From the NCBI RefSeq assembly GCF_009914755.1, contig NC_060931.1: a stretch of 64,000 nucleotides of DNA. One strand, given 5' to 3'. Position 1 is the first letter of the stretch. Every line of letters starts with the position of its first letter. The DNA is from the human T2T-CHM13v2.0 reference genome, Homo sapiens. The position numbers were made by a program, and so were the translations under genes. Below are positions 14,183-26,621 of this stretch, in pieces. The notes under the pieces were generated by a model. That model was not told the origin of the DNA, did no database searches, and saw only the letters and a list, made by a program, of their open reading frames with translations.

Positions 14183-14739
14183 CTTCATTCCTGAAATTTG
14201 TTCCATTTGTCTTTCCATTTCTCTCTCCCTTCTTTGTTCCAAGTCTTCTTTATTTTAATTTTTTTCTCTGACAAACTCCTTTCATCTGTGCTTTCTCTTA
14301 TTTCCTCTTCAAATATTTTAAGTGGGAGACTTTTATAGGTCATATGTCTACTTTGATTGTTACCTGTGTTGTATTTTTAAATAGACTCTGAACAAATTAA
14401 TATAAAAAATGCAGCTCTAAGAGAAAAGAACAAAATGTCAAATAGTAAATACATTTTGTAAATTGCAATCATGGAGAGACAACCTTTTTTGCATTGACAC
14501 ACATGGTCAGTTTTCAAGTATGTCATTGCCACTCATTGTAAAAATTACTTAATGATGCCACACAGCACACAGTCTCCAGTATGCTACATGCGTTATAAGC
14601 TCAGCCTCATTGCCCAGTCCCAGCAATTTTACTAAATTATAGTCTAGTAGTGAGATACAGAGAAGGAGAATAAGAGAAAGTTTTAGTTAGTATGACCTGG
14701 AAGCCAGAACAGACAAAATAGATACTAATTTGTTACATA

Positions 14740-14890
14740 AGTCTATAGAATTTTTGCAGTTAGAGGCAATCTTAGAAACCATCATTAGACAGATGAAGCT
14801 AATCTAAAGATGGGCCAAGTGACTCACGCGAAGTCAGGAAATAGTTAATGGCAAAGTTTGACTACTTAAATTTCAGGTCCTGTGTCTATG
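14740..14890 (-). mobile_element. MIR fragment
   Basis: ACAGATGAAG...AAGTGACTCACGCGAAGTCA...TAGTTAATGGCAAAG. Confidence 0.55.
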
Positions 14891-15551
14891 TTCCCATCAC
14901 ACTCTTACAAATGATATACACTTAAATGTAATCTGGGCCCTATGTTTGCCAATAAGATTAGAAAATACTCACTAGCCTAATGTGAGGTCAATTGGTTAAC
15001 CAAATAGTTTAGGAAACACTAGCCTCATAGAAGGGTAAATATTCTCCATATCCTACATAGGTCAGGTTGGCTTAAAAACTGAACACGTGAAAAAATTCTA
15101 ATTCTATATTAGGATGTTAGGATAAAAATAGTCTCAAACCTCATCTAGTCATCTTCTTCTATTGACTATATCTGCATTGTGGGCAAGACCCAAGCATACC
15201 TATGGGCTCTAAAAATGGTGGTTAGAGGACATCACCTAAATTTTCTTTCCTGTCAACTTTCCTTGAAGAGAATATTTCTTTTAGCTAGATGGTCAGATCC
15301 CTGAAATTTCTGGCACATCAAATGATGACAGTGTCTCTCAGCTGAGAGAAGCGGCCTCTTTGCTAAAAGGATTTGACTACCTGTTTGGGAGGCACCCTTG
15401 TCCCCTAGGTCATTTAATGATTTTCAGATGCTCAGACAAATATTTCCCTTGCTAATGCCGTGATGAGAGCTTTTGGCTAAAAAGTGTTTAGGATGAGATG
15501 TTGACCAGTGCCTCAGTATATTAACTTGCATCATCAGTTTGAATAGGGCAG

Positions 15552-16309
15552 ACTCTTAGTCCTTCCAGGCTGTGATCACAAAACCCGTAAACTGGGTGGC
15601 TTATAAACAACGAATATGTATTTCTCACAATCCTGATAGGTGAGAAGTCCAAGATCAAGATGCAGGAAGATTCAGTGTGGTAAGTATTTGTTTCCTGGTT
15701 CATAGATGGTAACTTTTTTCTGTGTTCTCGCATGGTGGGGAGGGCAAGACAGCTCTCTGGGGTATCTTTTAAAAAGGCACTAATGACACTGATGAGAAGT
15801 CTCTACCCTTATGACCTATCACCCCGCAAAATGCTCCACCTCCTAATACAATCTTCTTGGTACAACGTATTAGTCTGTTCTCACGCTGCTAATAAAAATA
15901 TACCTGAGACTGGATAATTTATAACGAAAAGAGGCTTAATGGACTCACAGTCCACATGGCTGGGAGACCTCACAATCATGGCGGAAGACAAAGGAAGAGC
16001 AAAGAGACGTCTTACATGGTGGCAGGCAAGAGAGCTGTGCAGGGGAACTCCTATTTATAAAACCATCAGATCTCATGAGACTTATTTACCACCATGAGGA
16101 AAGTATGGGGGAAGCTGCCCTAATGATTCAATTATCTCCACCTGGCCTCGCACTTGACACATAGGGATTATTACAATTCAAGGTGATATTTGGGTGGGGA
16201 CACAGCCAAGCTATATCATATGGTATCCAACTCATTCTTAGGATTAGGATTTTAGGTTAGGATTTCCACGTATGCATTTTGAAGAGACACAAACATTCAA
16301 ACCATAGCA
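15552..16309 (-). mobile_element. MLT1A-type solo LTR interrupted by THE1
   Basis: AAACTGGGTGGCTTATAAACAAC...AAGTCCAAGATCAAG...; resumes after 16218 and ends GACACAAACATTCAAACCATAGCA; TSD GGCAG/GACAG. Confidence 0.85.
15866..16218 (-). mobile_element. THE1 (THE1C-like) solo LTR nested in MLT1A
   Basis: GTATTAGTCTGTTCTCACGCTGCTAATAAA...AAAACCATCAGATCTCATGAGACTTATT...GGGGACACAGCCAAGCTATATCA. Confidence 0.9.
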
Positions 16310-16311
16310 GA

Positions 16312-16515
16312 CAGAGTTTCTCAAGAGATACCTTATGGACATCTTGGGCCAAATAACTTTGTTGTGGTGGATGTCTTGTGCATTGTAGGAAGATTGCCCA
16401 CATGCGTGGACTCTAGATGCCAGTAACACCCCTACCAGTCATGACAATAAAAAATGTCTCCAGACATAGCCAAATGTTCCCTGAGAGTCAGAATCTTTCT
16501 AGTTGGGAACCACTG
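16312..16515 (+). mobile_element. MER20 (hAT-Charlie)
   Basis: CAGAGTTTCTCAA...TGTGCATTGTAGGA...CTAGATGCCAGTA...AATGTCTCCAGACAT.GCCAAATGT...GGGAACCACTG. Confidence 0.85.
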
Positions 16516-16903
16516 TGGTAGGGAAATGGAGATGAAGTAACCTTTTTCTCTACCATTGTGTTTCGTGTGTTCTCATGGATTCTCATTGGTTCTAGCGATA
16601 TTTGAGCAAACTGAACAGAAATGGGTCCCACCCTCAGCAACTTTATAGCCCAATGAGACAGTTAGGCATTAAGAAAGTAAGTGAATATAATTCTAGATTG
16701 TGATAAGAAAATGCTATGAAGAAAAATTAAAAAAGAAAGAGATTCATGGAGATCTTCTCAGCCTGGATAGCCAGGGAAGAGCTATCTGTCAAAGTGTTAC
16801 AATCTGAATAATGAATGTGATTTATCTAAATGAATAGTATACCATGCTAATAAATTATTCCAAGTGAACAGGCGGCCGCTGAATGTCCAAAGTTTGGATG
16901 TTT

Positions 16904-17266
16904 AATACTCTGCAGCCATAAAAAAGGATGAGATTATATCCTTTGCAGGGACATAGATGGACCTGGAGGCCATTATCCTTAGCAAACTAACACAGAAACA
17001 GAAAACCAAATACCGCATGTTCTCACTTATAAGTGGGAGCTCAATGATGAGAACACATGGACACATAAAGGGGAACAACACCTACTGGGTCCTTTCAGAG
17101 AGTGGACGGTGGGAGCAGGGAGAGGATCAGGAAAAATAACTAATAGGTACTAGGTTTAATACCTGGGCAATGAAATCTGTACAACAATCCCCATGACACA
17201 AGTTTACCTATGTAAAAAACCTGCACATGTACCCCTGAACTTAAAAGTTAAAAAAAAAAAAAAAAA
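16904..17266 (+). mobile_element. 5'-truncated L1PA (L1PA15/16-like) 3' end with poly(A)
   Basis: ORF2 C-terminus (MDLEAIILSKLTQKQKTKYRMFSLISGS) then 3'UTR ...AACCTGCACATGTACCCCTGAACTTAAAA and A tail. Confidence 0.92.
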
Positions 17267-17684
17267 GATTCAAAGGCACTGGACTCTACTATTTGAAGTA
17301 CAGACTTGCAAAAATTCTACATTAGTGCTTGGCAATAGCCCAGCAAAATGCACTTTGGCAGTGAAAATTAGCCACGTCGTAAAATCTGCAATTCGAATGT
17401 ATTTACATTCACAACATTCAATCATTATTCTGTACTATCTATTGGGGCAGAGGCAACACTTTTCATGACCATTCTGGGTGGCCATTGCTGCTTTTTCTAT
17501 CACAGCCATTTCAAGAGGCTGGGACCTGAAGCCCCAGTGTGTGCCTGAAGTCTTTGGAAGTGTTTCTAAGTCACCACAATACTAGCACAGACTCCCACTT
17601 CTATTCACGGCCACCTCTTATGCCTGGCCCAGATCCTCTTCATTTGTGATGGGCATGGGGCCTCACTCCATTGTCTTCAGTATA

Positions 17685-17847
17685 ACCTTCATTATAATAC
17701 AGTGCCTTACTGGAAGGAGGCCTTCAATGACTACATGTTGAACACATTATTTAACATATAAAAATGATCTCAACAGAATCAATAAGGTAACCACTTGTTA
17801 GAAATTTCTTTCTTTTTGTTGGGATTTTTTTTGTGGTTCTCTCTTAG
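17685..17847 (+). repeat. Local direct duplication, copy A (partner 18584-18744)
   Basis: ACCTTCATTATAATACAG...GTGGTTCTCTCTTAG occurs twice about 900 bp apart; about 11 substitutions and 2 indels. Confidence 0.95.
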
Positions 17848-18583
17848 AAACTCTTGCCACAGCTCTTCTTCATTCATGATTCTCCAGGCCTGGGCTGCAC
17901 TCCACTGCCAGAGTCAGGTTGACCCTGTGACTCTGACACCATCTCCATCTCTCAGAAGGGCCTTGCTCTTTAAATTTTTAGTTCAACATGACCTTTGAAA
18001 TGGTCAAGCTTTCCTCTGTCTATTTCCTATTCCTTATTTCCTTTTAAGTCTGTTAATAGGTTCCATGTTCAACTAATGGAAACTCTAGAAAAGAAAGTTT
18101 TAAGCATTATACATTTGTGTCATTATCAAAATAAGAATGTGCATCTGTAATCCTTCAAAGGTTAACTCTTTGGTTTCAGCCATAAAATGCAACTTGAGTC
18201 TTGATAACTGATGGAGAAGTATGTAGGGTAGGCATAGCACTTTTTTTTAATGCATGGAGTAGGAAATTCAAAGCGACATTTTTGATTATGTATGCATCAG
18301 CAACTGTGATTTATGGTACCTGTTTGTGTCTGTTACATGAGTGATGGGTTCTTACGCCAAAAATAAAGTTACTATATTCACACCTGAGGCCTGAGAAGTA
18401 ACAGTTCAGTAAAAGAAGACAAGACTCTATAAAAAATACCAAAGAAATAAATACAATGAACACTTATAGCCTGTCTTCTTACCTAAGAACTTATTACTTT
18501 CTACCTTGTATTATTAATTTTGACAACTGTGCTTCTGCTCACAAACCTGTAAATTGCTGGGCTCTGCTTGCAGTGAAGCTACT

Positions 18584-18744
18584 ACCTTCATTATAATACA
18601 GGACCTTACCGGAAGGAGGCCTTCAATGATACATGTTTAACAAATTACTTAGTATATATAAATGATCTCAACATAATCAATAAGGTAACCACTTGTTAGA
18701 AATTTCTTTCTTTTTGTTGGCATTTTTTTGTGGTTCTCTCTTAG
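18584..18744 (+). repeat. Local direct duplication, copy B (partner 17685-17847)
   Basis: See copy A. Confidence 0.95.
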
Positions 18745-18917
18745 GAGACTTTTGCTGAAGCTTAAATGCTTTAAAATAATTTTTAAATAATTAATTACTA
18801 CAAATAAATGAGCTATTTAGCCTGAAATATTAAAGTGCTATTTCCAGAACTTATATTTCTGTAATTAAAATGCCAGTTTTGTTCTCTCCGGGCTCTGTTT
18901 AAGAAAAAAAAAAAAAG

Positions 18918-19238
<321 letters not shown>

Positions 19239-21402
19239 TAAATGCAGATGCCTTGGTCAATTTATGTATGTTTGAGATATAAATTATAATTCAGAAGTAT
19301 GAAGGTGCCAAGATCACTATGGGAATTAAATATGATATTTTAAGAGATTTTGAGAGGCTTATTTTCTATATATGAATGGATAAAGTCAACCACAGTTAGA
19401 AACATCATTTATCTGGGTAACATAATTGTGATTTCATCTGTAAAGTCAAATACAAGGCAGCATTATGTGGATTAACATTTTTTTCCATATTATAGAAACA
19501 GTGTTAAGGAGGAATCTTAGTCAAATTCCATTTTTTTAAGAGACAAAACAAAATAAAACTGTGATTGAGAGTTCAAAGTCCTTAACTCACTAGTAGCAGA
19601 ACTGGGTCGTGTTTATGAACTTTTCTCTTCACTGTACTCACCACCATGCATTCTAACCATGAAAGCAATTGTAGTTCTACAGCACCACAATCCATGCTAG
19701 TGCTGATACGAGAAACCTAAAATGAAAGGGAAATCATATGTAACATTGTGTTGATTGATTGAAATGTGTGACTAGATTCAGAAGTACAAGCCAGAAGTTT
19801 GGGGAACCTTACTTCTGAGAATGGGCCAGTTCTGACTCTCAGTCAAGCCTAAAGTTTGTTGCTCAGTTGGAAACAAAAGCATGGATATGATTGTCCGGAG
19901 AACCCTGTTGCTGAATAACAAAGAGGCATAAGCAGAAAGGAGAATTCAGAAGCACAACATAATCTAAATTTGATTTATGGCAGTGTGCAGTCTGGATGTC
20001 TCCAGCTTGTGGTTTCAGCTTCTACTTCTCAAGTAGAGAAGCTGGATGGTGGTAAAATACAGCAGGCTGAGGAGGGCCAGACTGGAGTTGAGATTTTCTG
20101 GACTATGAACTCTGGGTGTGGGGTGTATCTTGAGAGGCATACTGGCCACAAAGGGCGGCCGGAGGGAAAAACAAGTTTTGCATGCCCATGCTCTGTTCAG
20201 AGTCCAAGAACTAACATCTGTTTAGTTTTGGAAACACAGGCTGGCTCTGAGTATGGGGATTTAGAACAGCAGAAAGGTCAACATTGTATAGGAGAGACTC
20301 AATGTTTTCACAATCGATTAGGAGCTTAGAAGAATTGGGGTGGCAAGACTAAGAAGTGAGCTGCAAGGATCTGAATGAAAAGGGCTGTCAGGCCAAGGCC
20401 CATCAGCGAAGGCAGAGAGGAACTGGCCAGAGACCAGGGCAGGAAGTGTGGCTCACAATTGGAAAGCAGTGTCAGAGGAGTAAGAGATGAATGAAACATG
20501 GATTAGGATTAGGATTAGGAGCTAACGGGTACAGAACCAGGACACAAACACAAAATCTAAGAACTACCAGTCAATCCTGGAATATGAAAACAAATGTCAT
20601 GGGGATCAGAATTTTGTCTCAAGGGAACTGTAGTGTTGCTGCTTAGAAGTGCAACTGATCCCATAAGTGGGGAAAATGAGACACACACAGAAAAGTATAG
20701 GACAAGAGGCCTGACTGTTTCCTATTCTCATCCCTTCATTCTTGTTGACACAGATTTTGATTGAGGTTTGAAGTTTACCATCAGAACCATATCTTTCCTA
20801 GAAACAGAGAAACTACCCAATAAGTAAAATCAACTACAGTATCCTCCTTGTAGTTTTGTCATTATTTCTCATTAGTTTTATTTCACTTATTTAAGTAGCA
20901 ATGAAGGGATAGGCAGTAGATGACAAAGTTACTACTATAGGAGCACTCTGAGGCATTATCCTTCCTCACCACTAATGCACTTCTGATTTTTTTCCTCTGT
21001 TCTCCTCTCTTATTTAGTCTTTTACATATAATTTGGGTTTTACAGGCAATGTCTCACAGAGTCAGTGGCCACTGTGACTGCTTCTTATCCTCATTAGAGC
21101 AATCACTAATTTAAAATCAGTCACCATTTGAAAACTTTTAAAATTATGTCACAAGACTGTAGGATATTTCAAGATAAGGGGCTAGTACTCCTCACTCATA
21201 TATATCCGGTCTTGGCATTGGGAATCATTAGCCAAGTTAGGAGCTCTCCAGCTGGCCCATTGCAAAGCAATGCAGACAGAGGGAAAGTTGAGGCACCTGC
21301 CTGGTTCACTGGGTTTGATTGCTTACTAATCCTTCACTTAACCTGGAACCTCCTTGCTCAACCTCTTGGCTCAGGTGCTGGGGAGAACACAGGTTGGCAA
21401 GA

Positions 21403-21517
21403 TGCAAGTTCTGCCTTGCAAGCATTTTTCTCCTGTATATGCACACACACACACAGACACACACACACATATATGTGTGTATATACAGGAGAAAATGCTT
21501 GCAAGGCAGAATTTGCA
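21403..21517. repeat. Inverted repeat (about 38-bp unique arms) around a (CA)n microsatellite
   Basis: TGCAAGTTCTGCCTTGCAAGCATTTTTCTCCTGTATAT versus ATATACAGGAGAAAATGCTTGCAAGGCAGAATTTGCA (1 mismatch, 1 indel). Confidence 0.95.
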
Positions 21518-21801
21518 CACATATGTATGTATACATACACACACATACACATATATTTTATATATACATATACATATATATTTTATATATACATATAAAT
21601 ATATAATATATAATAGAAAACATAAACATACATATATGTATATATTATATGTGTATAATATATGTACATATATGTAAAATATATATGTATAATATACATA
21701 TATATCCATGAGAATGCCAGAAACAATATATGTATAATATATACTATGTAATATATAATATATACTATATAGGTATATATGTTCATATTTATAATATATA
21801 T
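21518..21801. repeat. TA/CA-rich low-complexity region
   Basis: Degenerate (TA)n/(TACA)n. Confidence 0.9.
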
Positions 21802-22008
21802 GAACATATTTATTCACTGCTTAAATTTCCACTGTTACCATGTGCCTGGAACAGCTTAGACATAACTATTTGCTTTTGAGTAGACTGACCCTAGAAACAC
21901 CATACTGTATTCAAAACAACTAGTTTCTAATCATGGAATTAAGACACTAAGGTGGAACCATTTCAGACTGGAAGTCATTTTGAGGTTCACACTGAAGCTA
22001 TTTCGTAT
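21802..22008 (+). repeat. 207-bp local duplicate of 24694-24900
   Basis: Ungapped at offset 2892, about 12 mismatches. Confidence 0.96.
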
Positions 22009-22021
22009 ATATCTCATTATA

Positions 22022-22806
22022 TATACATATCTTATGTATACATATATAGTATACACATCTTATGTATACATATATAGTATACACATCTTATGTATACATA
22101 TATAGTATACACATCTTATGTATACAATATAGTATACACATCTTATGTATACAATATAGTATACACATCTTATGTATACAATATAGTATACACATCTTAT
22201 GTATACTATATAGTATACACATCTTATGTATACTATATAGTATACACATCTTATGTATACTATATAGTATACACATCTTATGTATACTATATAGTATACA
22301 CATCTTATGTATACTATATAGTATACACATCTTATGTATACTATATAGTATACACATCTTATGTATACTATATAGTATACACATCTTATGTATACTATAT
22401 AGTATACACATCTTATGTATACTATATAGTATACATATCTTATGTATACATATATGTATACATATCTTATGTATACTATATAGTATACATATCTTATGTA
22501 TACAAATATGTATACATATCTTATGTATACAAATATGTATACATATCTTATGTATACAAATATGTATACATATCTTATGTATACAAATATGTATACATAT
22601 CTTATGTATACATATATGTATACATATCTTATGTATACTATATAGTATACATATCTTATGTATACTATATAGTATACATATCTTATGTATACTATATAGT
22701 ATACATATCTTATGTATACTATATAGTATACATATCTTATGTATACTATATAGTATACATATCTTATGTATACTATATAGTATACATATCTTATGTATAC
22801 TATATA
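22022..22806. repeat. 27-bp AT-rich palindromic minisatellite, about 29 copies
   Basis: Unit TATAGTATACA(C/T)ATCTTATGTATACTA with ordered blocks of variant units. Confidence 0.97.
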
Positions 22807-24164
22807 TATAAATAAAATAAAAAACAGGAAATTGCTTGGTGCCAAAGCACAGAAGAGGAAGATAATAATTTTGAGGTATTTGAACTGGACTTTGAAGAAT
22901 AGAAAGTTTTTTTTTTTCCCTAAAGCAGTGAAAACAGTTGAAAGGCCAGAATGATTTATTTCAAGTGTTACCTTTAAAAGAATATTAATACTTGACAGTC
23001 TCTTCACATATATGCCTGTTTCTTTTCTTTCAAAAAAACTAACCCCATGACTAGAATTTTGATCTACTTTTGCCTTTTTTTTTCTTTTTTAGTTTAAGAT
23101 AAAATAAATAGTCTAACATCTGTAACATATCATGGCTGAATTTGGTTATACACAACATGCTTCATTTTCATATCATATCTTACTTGAGTTTAAACCTGCT
23201 TTTCATATTTTACTCCTTTCTGTTACTCAATTCAAAAGTATTTGCCATGAATGACTTCATAACCATACATTTTAGATGGTCTGCTTGGGATTTTTTTTTG
23301 CCTTATATTTTTCTATTGGCTTATTTTCCTTTATTTTAATATACACACATTCCCTTAATGTTGATTTCTTCACGCTGACCTGTACCCCTCCCTTAAAATT
23401 TATTGCCAGAGATGAAATGCCCTTGATAATCTTCACCTTAAGATTCACTCCCCTCTCTGAATTACTTCATTTGGTTTTCAAAACTAAAACTTATAAGAAA
23501 TCTCAGACTCGCAGGACCCTAAATATAACATTAGTAATGCAAGAGAGATAAAACATATAAAAGCAGGCATACTCAAAAAGATACAGTACAAAATACTGAA
23601 AGAATTAACAGAATGAGAAAAGGAAGCATTAAATTCACATCAAAGAAAGCTTTGAACATTAAAGCAAATGAAAGTGAGGGGAAGAAATCTATATGGAAGC
23701 CAAACAATCACTGCTTCCTGACAGCTGCAGTTATTAATTAGTGTTCCATCATTTGCACTAAATGGTCAATCAATACTTTTGCTTCTCTGGAAGGCCATTT
23801 GCTTTGTAGCTTGCTTCTTAATGGGAAATGATTCAGCTTGTCCCCTTCTTTGTCATTCTGTCCATAACTACCAGCTTGGCAGAGAGTTCGTAAGCTGTGC
23901 TGGCTCTAGATAAGGGTAAGAATTTTGTCTCCAGATTTCAGTTCTCTCCTGCCCAACCACCTCACCTGCAATCTATTGTTTATATTGTTGCTATGTATCT
24001 CTATTCTTTCTGCATCAAATAATGAATAGCTCATTTTGTGTTGCCTTCAAGTATGACAAATTCCTTTCCAAATGTGATTCCAGACAGTATATCCAAACAT
24101 GTCTTTCTTTTCCCATTCCTGATCATCCTACATGTCAAGCACTGCCAACGTTTACTCAAGAAAG

Positions 24165-24350
24165 CTTGGTTAGAACCCAGCCTCTAGAAGCAGTAGATTC
24201 CTACTCATTCCTGACTCTTTTAGCCACTTGTCGTATGGCATGAGCAGGTGTCTTAACTTCTCTATTTATGTCATCACCTCCTGTTTCCTATCCACAGAGC
24301 TAATACCTAGCTCAGAGCATTATTGTAAAAATAAAATGAACTAGCATATG
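24165..24350 (+). mobile_element. MIR fragment
   Basis: GGTTAGAACCCAGCCTCTAG...TGAGCAGGTGTCTTAACTTCTCT...TAATACCTAGCTCAGAGCATTATTGT. Confidence 0.55.
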
Positions 24351-24479
24351 TATATAAAAAGTAAGGTGGTTACCTGGGGATTGGAAGACACTTCCATCAT
24401 ATTTGTTAAGTGAATGGCATAGAGCAAATAAAAAAAAATTGACTCATTATTCTTATTATTCTTTTATATGATTACTGCT

Positions 24480-24760
24480 CTCTCCTGGAGTGCACTTCTC
24501 TGCCTGACTCACCCTTTAAGATACATCTCATATAGAAACTCCACATGAAAGCCTTCCGTGACGCATGATCATGGCTATTCACTCCTCTATTCTGTCACAG
24601 TCCTTTGTGCATTTCTCTTCATAGCTCTCACACTTCATTTCACCATACTGCACATCTGATTGCTTTACTAGACTCTGAGAATCACTGTTGCTAGAACGTA
24701 TTTGTTCACTGCTTACATTTCCACTGTTACCATGTGCCTGGAACAGCTTAGACATAACTA
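24480..24760 (+). mobile_element. L2 3' fragment
   Basis: AAGCCTTCCGTGAC...ACTAGACTCTGAG...TTGTTCACTGCT...TGTGCCTGGAACA; boundaries approximate. Confidence 0.55.
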
Positions 24761-24900
24761 TTTGCCTTTGAGTAGACCAACCCTAGAAACACCATACTAT
24801 ATTTAAAACAACTAGTTTCTAATCATGGAAGTAAGACACTAAGGTGGAACCATTTCAGACTGGGAGTCATTTTGAGGTTCACAGTGAAGCTATTTCATAT
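24694..24900 (+). repeat. Probable source of the 207-bp duplicate at 21802-22008
   Basis: Continuous with the upstream L2-like sequence. Confidence 0.9.
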
Positions 24901-25274
24901 CTAAACCTCAGGTGAGATGATATTTTTTTGTAAACTTAGGGTTAACAAACCTATTTATAATTATTGTGTTAACACAATGCTTCATGTACTACTGATTTTT
25001 CTTGAAGTGTATACCTATAGGAAATAGAAATGTCCATGGTCATAGGAACATAGAATCAGACAAAAGTTTTCGAGTTAAGATAACTAATTGGAAATCATAT
25101 GGACATAAGAATTAAATAAAAATGGGTTATTTCTAGAGATATATATGTAACTAAGAAAAAACAAAGATAAACAGATACTTGATGGCACATTACTGAATTT
25201 CAACAATATTCCTTCAAAATAAGTGACAAGAGATAGTATAGTCACTGTGATATATGGTCCTGTCCAGTGACGTT

Positions 25275-25460
25275 CTGGGCCCTAGGTCTAGACCCATTAT
25301 TTGGGTTACCAGAGGTTAGGCGCTTAACCTCTTTCTTTGCTAGTTTTTTCATCTGCAAAACAGGATTGAATAACACTCTTACCTACTCAGGTAATTCCTA
25401 CCCTATGAGAAGGGAAAGAGATAAAGCAAGTACAAGTATTTTTATACTCTAAAACTCTAT
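25275..25460 (+). mobile_element. MIR fragment
   Basis: CTTAACCTCT...AGTTTTTTCATCTGCAAAACAGGA...ACCTACTCA. Confidence 0.55.
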
Positions 25461-25463
25461 AGA

Positions 25464-25763
25464 GGCCGGGCGTGATGGCTCACACCTGTAATCCCAGCAC
25501 TTTGGGAGACTGAGGCGGGCAGTTCACCTGAGGTCACGAGTTCGAGAGTAGCTTGGCCAACATGGTGAAACCCCGTCTCTACTAAAAATACAAAAATTAC
25601 CCGGTTGTGGTGGTGGGCACCTATAATTCCCAACTACTCAGGAGACTGAGGCTGGAGTATTGCTTGAACCCAGGAGGGGGACATTGCAGTGAGCAGAGAT
25701 CGTGCCATTGCGCTCTAGCCTGAGCAACAAGAGCGAAACTCCATCTCAAGAAAACAAACAAAC
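25464..25763 (+). mobile_element. AluSq-like
   Basis: GCAACAAGAGCGAAACTCC diagnostic; TSD AAAACTCTAT(A/G)GA. Confidence 0.93.
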
Positions 25764-26463
25764 AAAACTCTATGGAGTCAAAGATACTGTGAAATACAGC
25801 AAGTCCCTGGGCCTTTGGTGACTCTGTATATTAACAGAGGGCTCTCATTCAAGACCTTATCTATTGTCCAGCATTATTTGTCTACTATGATATTCATCTT
25901 TTCAGGACCTAATCCAGCTGGACCTCTACTTTTTTAATGGTTCTAGTTTTGATTTGTATACAGTTTCAGCAGCAAACTCCCTACAGGCCATACACTAGAT
26001 TCACGTCCATTTGGCACTGAGGAACAAAAGAAAATCACCCTACCTAAAGTGATGGGGAGCAAAATATTGCTTTTGATGAATCACTAATATAGTTTTATCT
26101 AGCTACAGTTTTGTCAAAAAGAGACTATTGTTGCAAACCAAGTTAAATAGTTTTTTAAAATATTTTTTATTGTAGCCTAATGAAGATTACTTAATTGCCT
26201 GTTTAAAGGACTTGGTGGAAAAATATGTGAACCACAGCTTTAGAGGCCCATGAGCTTTGGGCAGTCTATGTCATGTTCATCTCCTTATCCCCATTGTTGG
26301 CTCCAAAACTCTGTTAGAGTGTTCAGCAAGTGTTAAACTGCTCCTAATAATGCCTAAGTCACAGTGTTGGATCTCAGGTGGTGCAGACTTACCTATCCCA
26401 ACTTGAGAGAAGAATGAGCAGCCGCCATAGGTCATTAACATGCCGCCTGCATCATTCACTTAC

Positions 26464-26621
26464 CCACTAAATTGAGGTACAACCAGATGGAAAGAACATG
26501 GGTTTTTGGCACATGGGACTGGATACCTGAAGTATGGAACTCATTCCTAAACAATGGCTGGAAGCTTTGGGTAGATTCCCTGACCTGAGAATTGTATGGC
26601 GCATTGTTAGGAAAGCTAAGT
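26464..26621 (-). other. Candidate internal exon (158 nt; alternative donor extends it to 26393)
   Basis: Minus strand: long T tract plus CCTGCAG| acceptor; donors TGG|GTAAGT (26463) and TAG|GTAAGT (26392). Confidence 0.5.

Noticed and set aside
20500-20520. (TTAGGA)3 telomere-like repeat, also near 16238-16265
   Set aside because: Too short and not TTAGGG; ordinary micro-duplication
19740-20600. Purine-rich stretch that may be an ancient LTR; includes a 119-aa ORF
   Set aside because: Could not be matched to any family from memory, and the ORF has no recognisable features
21128-21817. Overlapping ORFs rich in Y/I/H/T
   Set aside because: Translations of TA/CA low-complexity DNA; the same applies to the ORFs at 31716-32366 and 59450-59692
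22022-22806. CRISPR-like array of palindromic 27-bp repeats
   Set aside because: Units are contiguous with no unique spacers, there are no cas genes, and the context is primate DNA; it is a minisatellite
22060-23007. Long ORFs (241-315 aa) on both strands
   Set aside because: Products of a 27-bp stop-free repeat unit; the translation is a 9-residue Y/I/V repeat
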